From positions 5,338,798-5,402,797 of the forward strand of contig OZ246013.1 in NCBI GenBank assembly GCA_965230575.1: 64,000 nt of DNA, in the 5' to 3' direction. This document shows positions 31,298-41,519 of the stretch, in pieces. The notes beneath the pieces were generated by a model, which saw only the letters and a list, made by a program, of their open reading frames with translations, searched no databases and was not told where the DNA came from. The position numbers and the translations under genes were made by a program. The stretch comes from Saprospiraceae bacterium (GTDB lineage Bacteria; Bacteroidota; Bacteroidia; Chitinophagales; Saprospiraceae). Numbering within the stretch: position 1 is the first letter of the stretch; each line of letters opens with the position of its first letter.

Positions 31298-32704
31298 TTA
31301 TTCTCCACTTACTTCTTCTGATGGTTTAGGCTTGTCGATTCCCTGCTTTTTCACCAATGATTCTGGCAAGGTCATTCCGCTTTGACTGAGGAAATCATTC
31401 AACTGAGGCATCATTCCATACAATCCTTGTACAAAATTTGATACACCTTGTCCGCTTCCGTTGTCATAGACCACAACCTTGTCTATGTCCAATTCTTTGA
31501 TCGCAGAAGTTTGGATTTCTGTCAATTCGGCGAGTTTGTCAATCATTAGGAAGTTAATTGCACTTTGAGGGTCGCCATTAGCAGCATTGACCAATTTGCT
31601 GAATCCGTCTGCTTGTTTGGTCAACAACTCTTCCATACCTTTCGCCTGAGCGAGTAACTTGGAGAGTATGGCATCCGCTTCTCCTTTTGCGATCTCTCTT
31701 TGTCTTTCTGCTTCAGCTTGTGCACGTAATACCGCCTTCTCCTTTTCGATCTGTTCCGCTACCACCTCATCGGCTGATCTTTGCGCCTTGTCTCTGTTGG
31801 CTCTTGCAAGTTCGGCAGTTTCTTCCGCTTTATATGCTTCCTCCAACGCCTTTGCGGCAGCCACCTTCTGCGCAGCTATGGATTCTCTTTGCATTTCTGC
31901 AATCTTTATATCTCTCTGTGCATCAGAATCTGCAATTTTAATTGCACTTTGATTCTTTCCTTCTATAGCAGCGGCATCAGCAATCGCTTCACCGATCTCG
32001 GCTCTGGAGTTGGCATCTGATACCTTGATTCTTTGTTCTTGCTTGGCTTCAGCTTCACCGATCGATCCAGTCCTAACCTCATTGGCCACTTTCACCTTGG
32101 CATCGTTGATGGCCTTGGCAGCTGCCTCCTGACCAAGTGCTTTGATATATCCTGACTCATCTTGAATGTCAGTGACGTTTACGTTGATGAGTTCAAGTCC
32201 GATTTTGTGTAGCTCATCACCTACATTTCTATATACAGACTCTACGAATTTGTCTCTGTCGGTATTGAGTTCTTCGATATCCATATTGGCGATTACAAGC
32301 CTCATTTGACCCATAATAATGTCATGCGCCAGAGAGGAAATGTCCGCTCTGCCAAGTGCAAGCAACCTCTCAGCCGCAGCGATCATAAGGTGGGGCTTGT
32401 TGGATATTCCGACGGTAAATTGGGCTGGTACCGAAACCCTAATGTTTTGTTTTGAAAGTGCATCCTGGAGGTTGACATCGATGGATAGTGGTGTCAATTC
32501 CAAGAATCTGTAATCTTGAAAAAATGGCATTACGAATGTTGCTCCACCAGCATAACATTTGGCTGAAGCGCCCCCGCCAGTTCGTCCATAGACCACCAGG
32601 ATTTTATCACTGGGACATCGTTTGTATCTGGCTAGAAAAACAACTATTATCAAGAAAAGAATAAAAAGACCGAATGCCAGTAAGGCAGTACCTATTGTGC
32701 TCAT
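31298..32704 (-). CDS. Flotillin-family (SPFH/band-7) protein, YqiK/FloA-like
   Basis: N-terminal TM anchor, an SPFH domain, then a long Ala/Glu-rich coiled coil (...AEAERQREIAKGEADAI...). 468 aa. Confidence 0.85.
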   Translation of the reverse strand: MSTIGTALLAFGLFILFLIIVVFLARYKRCPSDKILVVYGRTGGGASAKCYAGGATFVMPFFQDYRFLELTPLSIDVNLQDALSKQNIRVSVPAQFTVGISNKPHLMIAAAERLLALGRADISSLAHDIIMGQMRLVIANMDIEELNTDRDKFVESVYRNVGDELHKIGLELINVNVTDIQDESGYIKALGQEAAAKAINDAKVKVANEVRTGSIGEAEAKQEQRIKVSDANSRAEIGEAIADAAAIEGKNQSAIKIADSDAQRDIKIAEMQRESIAAQKVAAAKALEEAYKAEETAELARANRDKAQRSADEVVAEQIEKEKAVLRAQAEAERQREIAKGEADAILSKLLAQAKGMEELLTKQADGFSKLVNAANGDPQSAINFLMIDKLAELTEIQTSAIKELDIDKVVVYDNGSGQGVSNFVQGLYGMMPQLNDFLSQSGMTLPESLVKKQGIDKPKPSEEVSGE

Positions 32705-32745
32705 AGTTTGGTTTTAAAAATGTGATTAAATATAATATAGATTGA

Positions 32746-33255
32746 TTAAAATTTTGTTGTTACCATGGCAAATTCTCCATCGATTTCTTCCACTTGTATT
32801 ACAGTACCAGTAGGTATTTCCTTTTTGTCGTTTGATTTTGCCTTGATCTCACGAATTACGCCATTGATATTTACCTGGATTATTCCCGAACCCACCTTGG
32901 GTATTTTGAGGTAGACCTTGCCTTTTTCAAAAAGTGAGTCTTCCAATGACCAGTTTACGTTTTCTTGCTTGCTCAAAATCCATTTCAACACCATAGTCAA
33001 GATAATAACAGCAACGATACCGGATATGACTCCAGCTGCCAGGGCAACCAGGGGATTGTTGTCTGCCATTAAAAAACCTCTTACGATATACGCACCAACT
33101 GAGAAAAACGTAAGTGTACTCTTGATTATACTACCACCATCATCAGCATCTCCAATGTCAAAATCAAGATCTAATCCAGAAAATAAGGTAAGCAGTAACA
33201 TTAAAACTAGAATACCGCCTGAAATCAAGGATATATAAAGTAGGATCGTGAGCAT
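32746..33255 (-). CDS. NfeD-like membrane protein (YqiJ-type partner of flotillin)
   Basis: N-terminal TM helices and a C-terminal OB-fold beta domain (IIQVNINGVIREIKAKS...QVEEIDGEFAMVTTKF). Lies immediately upstream of the flotillin gene on the same strand. Confidence 0.65.
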   Translation of the reverse strand: MLTILLYISLISGGILVLMLLLTLFSGLDLDFDIGDADDGGSIIKSTLTFFSVGAYIVRGFLMADNNPLVALAAGVISGIVAVIILTMVLKWILSKQENVNWSLEDSLFEKGKVYLKIPKVGSGIIQVNINGVIREIKAKSNDKKEIPTGTVIQVEEIDGEFAMVTTKF

Positions 33256-33836
33256 ATTAAGTAGTTTTTAGATTATATTAACATAAATGCAATTCACAAT
33301 GTAATGATTTCTTTCTTTGGATGAGTTAGTCTTTGGAAAATTCTATTTGGTCGATAAATTGGCTTTAACGCCTATATTTTGGCACTTAATGATAGGATTT
33401 AATTATGTGATGCTGTAGCATTCGTAAAGGTGTTCGTAACAAAATGCACCAAAAGAGAGAAACTGAAATAATAATTGTCATTCCGACCGAGTGAAACGAG
33501 TGGAGGAATAGGCAATTATGAGTGATTCTAATTTCGACTGGAATGGAGAAATCTATTGGGGGTTGATAACAGACCTGCACTTTTAGATTTCTCCATGAAG
33601 GTCGAATTAATTTCATTTTGTCCATTGACGTTCTTCGACAGGCTCAGAATGACAATACCTCTCTTTGGTCGGGATGACAATGACAAAAAATAATTTAGCG
33701 CAATTTGTTCTACACACTTCGTAAAGCATAAGGATTTTAATTATTTAAAAAAATATTATTTTGTGTAATAAATATTAGAAGTAGTTAAGACAAAAATCTA
33801 CTTGCTAATTCCATCTAATCATTAATTCTGTTACTC

Positions 33837-35156
33837 ATGGCAATGTTTAAAAGATTGAATTTAGATCCGAAAAATGTTACTACTATTTTTGGTTTATTGA
33901 CAGTGTTTCTTTTGGCACTGGAAGGAATATTGGGTTTTTGGCTCTTTGTGGCTGATGATTCTACTGAACGTATCGTTGCAGGGATTCTTATGACCGTAGT
34001 ATTATTGGTCTTCCTTTTTACCATTTTCAAGTTGTACGAGTTGGGGCACAATCGATTGACACCAGCTGGATTTCCAGAAGGACTTACTCCTGCGAAAAAG
34101 GAAGTGCTTCCTGAGGATATTAATAGTCAATTGGTTGAAAAAGTAGCGGGTGTAGAGGGGACCTTCAGAATAGATCGACCTGCAGAGAGTTGGATTGTGA
34201 AGCAAGTGAGTATGAATGAATTGATAAGGGAGAATCTGGATGTGAAGGATGGAAAAATGGTGGATGAAATGTTCGGTTCGGTCGATAATGTAAATCGTAA
34301 CATATCACTTTTCAGGTCGAAAAAATTAATTTCTGTAATTCCAATCCCAGGCAAATCGAAGATTCAAGGTAGAAATGTTCCCACTGCATTGGAATCGAAG
34401 GTTACTACCCAACTTGCAATTATTCCCTTAGAAAGATCAAAGCCGCCTCTATTTTTGGAGTTTTCCCTTATGCATAATGTCTTGGAATTTGCGTATGAAA
34501 TTGCCAAATCCAGTGCTGTAAAGCTTGAGGATGTTACCAAAGGGAATATTGAAAAAAGTAATAAAGAGTTTGTTCAAGTGGAGATGATCCAATATCTGGA
34601 GAATGTATTTGTAGATGGTGTTGTCGTGGACAAAATACAGGTCAATATCAATGTTATCGGTATTAAAGGTGATTTGACAGATCATTTACTTCTTATGAGA
34701 TATCCTACATATGATTCTAAAGATGGAAAGAAAATGGACGAAGATTTAGAAATCTTAAAGTCATTGGTCAATTCATTTGAACCTCAAAAAATAATTGATG
34801 CAGAGGCTAAATTGGCAGCAAGTCGAAAGAAAAATGATTTGAGGTATGAAGAATTTCTTATAAGTCAAGGAGAGGAGATATTCTTAATAGAGTTCAGACT
34901 GGTTATGGCCAGATTGATGAGTGCTGATTTGGACGACCCTGATCAAAGGATAAAGGCAGTCCGAAGTCTTAAGCCTTTTAAGTCTTTTGCCAAGGAAGTA
35001 AAATTCGAGCATGAATTGCTCGATCATCTTTGGGGAACCTTGGACGACGCTGAAAAAGGACAAAGCGGAAACTTTAAAAAAGCTCTTTCACTAGTTATTG
35101 AAGATATGAACGGCGGAGGTGAAGATAGCACTCCAGAATTGGAGGCACCAGAATAA
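33837..35156 (+). CDS. Hypothetical membrane-anchored protein (two N-terminal TM helices, ~370-aa soluble domain)
   Basis: Coding-like ORF of 439 aa. No recognisable motif. Confidence 0.45.
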   Translation: MAMFKRLNLDPKNVTTIFGLLTVFLLALEGILGFWLFVADDSTERIVAGILMTVVLLVFLFTIFKLYELGHNRLTPAGFPEGLTPAKKEVLPEDINSQLVEKVAGVEGTFRIDRPAESWIVKQVSMNELIRENLDVKDGKMVDEMFGSVDNVNRNISLFRSKKLISVIPIPGKSKIQGRNVPTALESKVTTQLAIIPLERSKPPLFLEFSLMHNVLEFAYEIAKSSAVKLEDVTKGNIEKSNKEFVQVEMIQYLENVFVDGVVVDKIQVNINVIGIKGDLTDHLLLMRYPTYDSKDGKKMDEDLEILKSLVNSFEPQKIIDAEAKLAASRKKNDLRYEEFLISQGEEIFLIEFRLVMARLMSADLDDPDQRIKAVRSLKPFKSFAKEVKFEHELLDHLWGTLDDAEKGQSGNFKKALSLVIEDMNGGGEDSTPELEAPE

Positions 35157-35334
35157 TCTTTCAAACTATATAGGGATATTCATAAGTAACTTTCTTCTTT
35201 TAATTCATTTTATAAACAATTAATTAAATTCGATTATTCAACGATTACTTCTGAAAGATGTTAAATTAACACCCCAAATTGATAGAATTATGACGGAAAA
35301 CGGGGTAATCGAATTTGCTTATTATTCTTTTGCT

Positions 35335-35530
35335 CGCCGCAAGGGCGTTCTATTTTTTTCTTGATAAAAAAACAGAACCAAAAAAAATCAAGACTGGCTA
35401 ATGCAGCACGCATAGCCGCTCCCACATCCCAAAACCCAGTCAAGGCAACGCTTCTTTTACCTCTTGGTTATTTCTGGAGCTACTTTCTTTGAAAGTTAGT
35501 CTACTCCTGAATAAGCCTATATATGCCGAG
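35335..35530. repeat. Copy B of the ~195-bp GC-rich non-coding repeat, in the same orientation as copy A
   Basis: Core ...aagggcgttc...agactggc...gcacgcatagccgctcccacatcccaaaacccagtca...cgcttcttttacctcttggttatttctggagcta...ctttgaaagttagtctactcctgaa. Confidence 0.8.
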
Positions 35531-35590
35531 AGGAATTTCGCTGATTAATAGGTGACCCTTGACTGCAGCATATATAGTTTTACTCCTTAT

Positions 35591-36463
35591 TTATTTACTC
35601 AAATCAAGAAAAACTCCAACTGAGTAAGACGGCGCAGCAGCTATAATCTGTCCTCTAAAAGCAGAGGCGAAAGATGCAGATACTCCAAAATTCTTGGTGA
35701 CATAGTATGCTGCTTCGACACCGAAGCTGGTAAACTCTGAATTGTTGGCGAATATACTTGTAATAGTATTGTCCGCTGTTTCTACTCCGTTTTGAAATGA
35801 TTCTACACCTCCGATTCTTCCAATCAACCATAATTTTTGATTTAATAGCCCAGCTCCGAATTCAATTCCATATCTGAATTCTTCGGAATACCCATTTGTC
35901 CTGTTGTTGATACCTACATATAGGCTGGAGTATGCTGAGGTGCCGCCCAGTTGAAAACCAGTACCTGCATCTATTTGAACCATTTGGTTGAATTCTCCAT
36001 CTCCTGTTTGAAGTATTCCAAGTTCGCCTTTACCTACTTGTCCAAGTGGAAGCCCAAGGGTCAAAGTTGCTGAAACTGGAAACTTGGCACCAGGTTTCGT
36101 AAGTCCATATTTAAAGGAAATATCAAAATCTCCTACTGAATTTAATGCTTCTCCTTCCTGTATGATATCTCCTGTTGTTGCAGAGACTCTATTGTTGTGG
36201 AAGCTACGACTAAACACGGGAGCATATATGATTCCCGTAAATCTGTCAGTAAAACCGTGCTCGGCATAGATAGAAGTATTGAATATACCAGATGTAATAT
36301 TGGCATCTGTTTTTCCTGAATCCGTATAATGCTTATTATATGTCAACCACCACTCGGAAAATTTATAATAACCTTGACCTTTTTTTTGTGTCCAGGGACC
36401 ACCTGCAAAGGAAGTCGAAATAGTAAAAAGAACGAGCAGGAATAAAGAAATTGATTTTTTCAT
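35591..36463 (-). CDS. Putative outer-membrane beta-barrel protein
   Basis: Signal peptide. Alternating amphipathic beta-strand-like composition rich in Gly, Tyr and Phe. 290 aa. No specific family recognised. Confidence 0.4.
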   Translation of the reverse strand: MKKSISLFLLVLFTISTSFAGGPWTQKKGQGYYKFSEWWLTYNKHYTDSGKTDANITSGIFNTSIYAEHGFTDRFTGIIYAPVFSRSFHNNRVSATTGDIIQEGEALNSVGDFDISFKYGLTKPGAKFPVSATLTLGLPLGQVGKGELGILQTGDGEFNQMVQIDAGTGFQLGGTSAYSSLYVGINNRTNGYSEEFRYGIEFGAGLLNQKLWLIGRIGGVESFQNGVETADNTITSIFANNSEFTSFGVEAAYYVTKNFGVSASFASAFRGQIIAAAPSYSVGVFLDLSK

Positions 36464-36534
36464 TTTATTATTTTTAGAAGCAAGTTGCGTTGAGAGTTTT
36501 TAAGAATTATGTGTACAAATAGGGTAGATGACTA

Positions 36535-37209
36535 TCATTTAATTTCTCCATCTCCTACCTTTACAGTAAAAGGTTTGCAGAAATACAAGAGAAATTCATA
36601 GTCATTGATTCCTATGTTTTCTATGGTATATGAATGGGCTCCATTGAATGTTTCCACCGCTCCGATTTCATAGGCATTGGCAGTGGAGTTACGGTTATTT
36701 GTAAGGTAGATATATAATCCTGGCAATGCAGTAGACGCTTTATAATCATCGGCAAATTCCAATATCAAATTGCCACCATCTTCCATTAGGGTAAAGCTGC
36801 CTTCCAAGAGGTAAGAACTGGTCGTCTCGATGATTCCAGATTTTCCTTGGGTCTGAATCACTGTACTATTGCCAACTGTGACATTGATGGTTTCTGATAG
36901 GTTGCCAGAACTACTTTGATACTCCACAGTAATATCTGAGCTTCCTTCTGCCTTCGCAGTTGCCAAGCCTGAAGTAGTAATTTCGATTATAGACGGGTCG
37001 GAACTTGACCATTGTGCATCCACCTCTTCTTCAACACCAATATTATTCAAGTATGTGTACTCAAATTGAAAAGTGGAATTTAATTCAATGGTGTCTGGAA
37101 CGTTTGTGAGACGTATTGTCGGTTCAACAAAATCATTTACAAGGTCATCTTGTATACAACTGGTAAAGATTGAAACTGTGGCTAAAAGTAGGACTAAGTA
37201 ATTTTTCAT
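36535..37209 (-). CDS. Lipoprotein with a bacterial Ig-like (Big_2-like) domain
   Basis: Lipobox LLLATVSIFTSC after the internal Met. The WSSSDPSIIEITTSGLATAKAEGSSDITV segment is Big_2-like. Confidence 0.45.
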   Translation of the reverse strand: MKNYLVLLLATVSIFTSCIQDDLVNDFVEPTIRLTNVPDTIELNSTFQFEYTYLNNIGVEEEVDAQWSSSDPSIIEITTSGLATAKAEGSSDITVEYQSSSGNLSETINVTVGNSTVIQTQGKSGIIETTSSYLLEGSFTLMEDGGNLILEFADDYKASTALPGLYIYLTNNRNSTANAYEIGAVETFNGAHSYTIENIGINDYEFLLYFCKPFTVKVGDGEIK

Positions 37210-37330
37210 TTGATTAATGTATCTTTTGTATTTATGACACAAATATCAAGTATAAATTGTTCAATCCATTGTAAAATAGTACCAGTTAATTGGACAATTG
37301 GTCCTTTTCGAGTACTTAATCAAAAATAAA

Positions 37331-38674
37331 TCAGGGCATTGGACTATCCCCTCCCAACATTTTAGCACCATCCTGAGTAATCAAAAAATCATCCTCTATT
37401 CGGATTCCTCCAAGATTTCGTTTTTTGTTCAAGAGCTCGTAATTAATGAAGCCTTCAAATCTATTTTCTGCCTGAAACTTATCAATGAGCTCTGGGATAA
37501 AGTAGATGCCCGGTTCTATGGTGATCACGTTGCCGACTTCCAATTCTTTGCCTAATCTCAGCGATTTCAAACCGAACTGAGTAGATTTTTTAAGGGAGTC
37601 TGTATATCCAATATGCTCTTCGCCAAAATTTTCCATGTCATGAACGTCTAAGCCCATCAAATGCCCCAAGCCGTGCTGGAAAAACATAGCATGCGCTCCT
37701 TCATTGACAGCTTCCGCGGTATCACCTTTCATCAGTCCGATATCTTTCAGCCCATCTACCAGGACACGAGCCGCATGAAGGTGGACGTCCAGGTATTTGA
37801 CTCCAGACTTAGCGATGCCAGCAGCTTCTTTATACATCTTATGTACCAGGTCATAAATTTCCTGCCGCTCACTTGAAAACCTTCCATTGGCAGGAGTGGT
37901 CCTGGTAATATCACCACAATAACCACTTGCCAATTCTACTCCTCCATCTACCAATACGATGTCATCTTCTCCTATTTGATGCCCGTGATAATGATTGTGG
38001 AGGGTTTGTCCATTTTTGGTAAGAATGGGTGGGAATGACCACCGTACATTGTTTTCAAAGGCATATTTGCTGGCTATACCGACAAGTTCGTATTCATATA
38101 TTCCAGGTCTTATATTCTTGATGACCTCAGCGTGCATGCCCTTACTCAATCGACAAGCTTCTTCGATCTCGACAACTTCTTCATCTGTCTTTATTGATCG
38201 CTGTTTCTGTACGGCATTGATTAATTCTATTGAAGGTGACAGTAGCGATATATCCAGCAACTCTCTTAGCGTCTGACTTTGGCTGGCTCTATATGGCGGC
38301 AGGTAGTGGACATTTCCTGAAATATGATTTTTCAATTCTTTGTAACTATAGACATCTGAAATACCTACTTGTTCCGCCAGTTGGTTGATTTTTGGTTGAG
38401 GACCAGTCCAAATGATCATATCAATGGACAGATCATCGGCAAATAGTTTGGTAGTTCCTTTTTCCACATCAATAAGGATGGCCATTTCTGGCATGCTCAA
38501 TGCCCCATAGTACAGAAAGGTGCTATCCTGTCTGTATGGATGCCAATTGTCTTTGAAATTGATTGAAGACTCTTCATTTGCAAGAAGGAGGATTTGCCCT
38601 CCATTCATGTTTGAGATTAATGTTTGTCGTCTGTCGGTATATGTTTTGCTTGAAAATGGAATATGTACTGCCAT
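37331..38674 (-). CDS. Xaa-Pro aminopeptidase (M24B family)
   Basis: Pita-bread fold with conserved metal-ligand His/Asp/Glu pattern (HGLGHLMGLDVHD, EPGIY, IRIEDD). The start is placed at the internal ATG at 38674. Confidence 0.8.
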   Translation of the reverse strand: MAVHIPFSSKTYTDRRQTLISNMNGGQILLLANEESSINFKDNWHPYRQDSTFLYYGALSMPEMAILIDVEKGTTKLFADDLSIDMIIWTGPQPKINQLAEQVGISDVYSYKELKNHISGNVHYLPPYRASQSQTLRELLDISLLSPSIELINAVQKQRSIKTDEEVVEIEEACRLSKGMHAEVIKNIRPGIYEYELVGIASKYAFENNVRWSFPPILTKNGQTLHNHYHGHQIGEDDIVLVDGGVELASGYCGDITRTTPANGRFSSERQEIYDLVHKMYKEAAGIAKSGVKYLDVHLHAARVLVDGLKDIGLMKGDTAEAVNEGAHAMFFQHGLGHLMGLDVHDMENFGEEHIGYTDSLKKSTQFGLKSLRLGKELEVGNVITIEPGIYFIPELIDKFQAENRFEGFINYELLNKKRNLGGIRIEDDFLITQDGAKMLGGDSPMP

Positions 38675-38716
38675 GAATATTTTGTGGTATTTTTTTTGAA
38701 TCAGCAAATTAAATAA

Positions 38717-38758
38717 AAAGCGGCAACACTCCACTACAGAATGATGCCGCTTTTTTTT
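38717..38758 (-). terminator. Rho-independent terminator after the 797-aa T9SS gene
   Basis: agcggcaaca...tgccgct stem flanked by A- and T-runs. A paralogous hairpin at 41462..41500 follows the second paralogue. Confidence 0.55.
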
Positions 38759-38775
38759 ACTTATTCGTTTTTAGC

Positions 38776-41169
38776 CTAAATCTTTGAAAATTTGATAGTC
38801 TCAGAAATTTTGTTCTCACCCAAAATCTGCAAAGAATATAGTCCTGCTGGGAGGGTATTTACATCAAGGCTAGAAGTAGGATCAGTAAGTTCTTTTTGAA
38901 ATACTACCTTTCCAATTCCGTTCATGATGATTATATTTTTTCTTCCTTCCCAAGCGGAGTTTGAAGTCAATGTTAGTGCCCCATTTGTTGGGTTAGGAAA
39001 AATCGATAATCCCAATTTTGTAGTTTCAATCAGCCCTGTAGGATTATTGAATCCAGATGCTTTGAACGAATCAAATCCTGCTTCAACAACATGACCAGAA
39101 TTTCTATCTTCTGCATTGACAATGATTCTGATATCATCATTTAATTCCATTTGAGTAGCATCCACTGATGTTTCTATCAAGGAAGACCAAGAACCGTTAT
39201 TATCATCGATTCTGGTCAATTCAATAACATCAATTCCATTTGTAACACTTACGGTTACCAGATCATCAGGTGTGGTCTCTCCTCCAAGATTTGTAAACCA
39301 TAAATAGTAGCTAAAATCAATTCTATCAAAACCTGTGAAATCCATAGGTGGTGAAGTAATGGATACAAAGCCGTCATCAATATCATTATCACCGATGCCA
39401 GTACCTGATGCACCTGTAATGTAATAGGTGTTTCCAATATCTGTAGGAATGTCATTGCCAGTTTGGGTGATTTGCCCTCCTCCAAAAAGAAAATTTGGCT
39501 CTGCTATTTCCCAGTGTCCTGTCGTAGCATCACCTTCGGCCGTCCATCCCAGATCTGTGAAAAAGTCGTCTTCATATCCGAGTTCAAGGGTGAAATCAAT
39601 TGCTCCACCTCCAACAAAATTTATTGATTGAACGGCTCCACTGTATCCCCATTTTGCAGCATAGACATTATATTCAAAATTCTCTCGTACACCTGACGAC
39701 CAAAATCCATCTTCATCAGATAGGGTAGTAGTATTTACATTTTCATCCTGATTTTCAATAAATATTACTGCATCCTTTATAGGATTTCCATCGCTATCTG
39801 TAACCCTGCCTGAAATTTCAGAATTCTCTAACGCGATGTCCAATATGGTCACCTCTCCACTTACCAGTGTTGCTGTTGCCATCTTAGATTCATAATTTGG
39901 ATGAGAAAATTCAACGGAAAAGTCACCAGGAGTTACTTGTCCCGTTTTGTAGTCACCCGTCAATCGTGAGTTTGCCTCATTCGGATTATTGGACAATATT
40001 CTGATAGTGGCATTTGGAATTGCAAATCCTGTATTTAGGTCGGTCACTTTTCCTTCTAAGTAACAAGCTCTTTGATACCCATTTTCTCCATCTTGTCGTT
40101 TGGGTTGAAATACAAAAAGGCCATGATTCATATCACTTGCCAGGATGAGTCCAGATGGCAAGAAAGGATATGCACCCCAACAACCTTGAAAATCTTCTGT
40201 AAACGTCAATTCCGTGTCGTAAGATCCTACTTTGATCAAATTGTCAGGTTTAGTTGCATCCAATATTACCAAACCATCTGTATACCAACTTGTAACTAAA
40301 AAGCCATTGTGGTAGTGTGTGTTATGTGGTATTACGTTGGTTCCGGTAGTCTCCAGAGGCTTATATCTGTCAAGAAATCGAATGTCATCTAAGTCCGAAA
40401 TGTCAAAGGCATCAACCCAGGCATTAGCTCTTTCATCTGTAGTAAACAAATATTTTTCATCATCAGATAACCAGGCATTGTGACTAAATCTCATTGAAGT
40501 TTCCATTTCGGCTAAAAAGACAGGTTCTGTTTTATCTGATATGTCGTACACACTAAACACTCCTAAAAAAATATCAGAAGTGTACATTTTATCGTTTTTC
40601 ACGAAGACATCATGTGTATAGTTATTGTTCATGGTCCCGACCAATACAGGCTCTTTTTTATCCACATTAAGGTCTAGGATTAAAACTCCTTGTTCTCCAA
40701 CATCACATCCTGCCAAATAGCAAAATCCTTGATCGGTATCGATATATAGATTATGACACTTCCCGAGAATTTCTGATGCCCCGTTTATTTCCAAAGTGGG
40801 TTTCCAATATTCCCAAGTAATATTTTCAGGAGCCTCAGACATATCTATTATAAGTAGTCCTCGATTTCCTTGATCAGAAGTTACATACAGATGATCTTCA
40901 AAACTTTTAATGTCTCGCCATATTCCACTTGGACCTTGAATTGAAGCTCTTTCAATAGGATTGGAAGGGTCCTCAAGTGACCATATTTTGGTTGTGTTTT
41001 CTGTACCCATTATGGCATATTCCACGCCCATGGAATCCACGTATCCCCATACGTCATTTCCCAATTCACCTACTGGTACATTGGATATCATTTCTAAATT
41101 GAAGTTTTCCTGACCCAACCCACTAATAGCCAGTAAACAAAGTATAATTACTTTTGAAAAATTATTCAT
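38776..41169 (-). CDS. T9SS-secreted LVIVD-repeat / choice-of-anchor-B-like beta-propeller protein (paralogue 1)
   Basis: Signal peptide. Repeated LVIVD-like beta-propeller blades. A carboxypeptidase-regulatory-like beta-sandwich. C-terminal T9SS CTD (...LQILGENKISETIKFSKI). Confidence 0.7.
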   Translation of the reverse strand: MNNFSKVIILCLLAISGLGQENFNLEMISNVPVGELGNDVWGYVDSMGVEYAIMGTENTTKIWSLEDPSNPIERASIQGPSGIWRDIKSFEDHLYVTSDQGNRGLLIIDMSEAPENITWEYWKPTLEINGASEILGKCHNLYIDTDQGFCYLAGCDVGEQGVLILDLNVDKKEPVLVGTMNNNYTHDVFVKNDKMYTSDIFLGVFSVYDISDKTEPVFLAEMETSMRFSHNAWLSDDEKYLFTTDERANAWVDAFDISDLDDIRFLDRYKPLETTGTNVIPHNTHYHNGFLVTSWYTDGLVILDATKPDNLIKVGSYDTELTFTEDFQGCWGAYPFLPSGLILASDMNHGLFVFQPKRQDGENGYQRACYLEGKVTDLNTGFAIPNATIRILSNNPNEANSRLTGDYKTGQVTPGDFSVEFSHPNYESKMATATLVSGEVTILDIALENSEISGRVTDSDGNPIKDAVIFIENQDENVNTTTLSDEDGFWSSGVRENFEYNVYAAKWGYSGAVQSINFVGGGAIDFTLELGYEDDFFTDLGWTAEGDATTGHWEIAEPNFLFGGGQITQTGNDIPTDIGNTYYITGASGTGIGDNDIDDGFVSITSPPMDFTGFDRIDFSYYLWFTNLGGETTPDDLVTVSVTNGIDVIELTRIDDNNGSWSSLIETSVDATQMELNDDIRIIVNAEDRNSGHVVEAGFDSFKASGFNNPTGLIETTKLGLSIFPNPTNGALTLTSNSAWEGRKNIIIMNGIGKVVFQKELTDPTSSLDVNTLPAGLYSLQILGENKISETIKFSKI

Positions 41170-41461
41170 CTATTATTTAAAATTAAATATTGGAAAAAAT
41201 ATAACATTGTGAACATCAACCATTGACATTCAGATTTGTTGAATCGACGCCCAAATGTATTCTTTCTTTTCATATTATTTTTGACAAAAGAGTACTCTCT
41301 AGGACATTCACCCAATTATTCTTCATTATCTTTTAAAGGATGTTTGAACTGTCATCTCAATAGTGAAAATGTCAATTTGATGGGTTGGAACCAATTACAA
41401 AAAAGCCCAAGTTTTAAGTTACTGATAAAGAAAGGTACTTTTTTTGAAGAGCTGTTGAATT

Positions 41462-41500
41462 AAAAACGGCAACACTTCAATACGAAATGTTGCCGTTTAA
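41462..41500 (-). terminator. Rho-independent terminator after the 804-aa T9SS gene
   Basis: acggcaacat...atgttgccgt stem followed by a T-run on the minus strand. Confidence 0.55.
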
Positions 41501-41519
41501 ATATATTATTTAGCTTCCA

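Noticed and set aside
33386-33625. 79-aa minus-strand ORF in the long NfeD upstream region
   Set aside because: No RBS context and odd composition. It overlaps the short inverted GTCATYC motifs, so it is more likely non-coding.
41236-41463. 75-aa plus-strand ORF between the two LVIVD paralogues
   Set aside because: It occupies the duplicated promoter/5'-UTR region of the 797-aa gene and overlaps the terminator of the 804-aa gene. It has no paralogue upstream of 43934.
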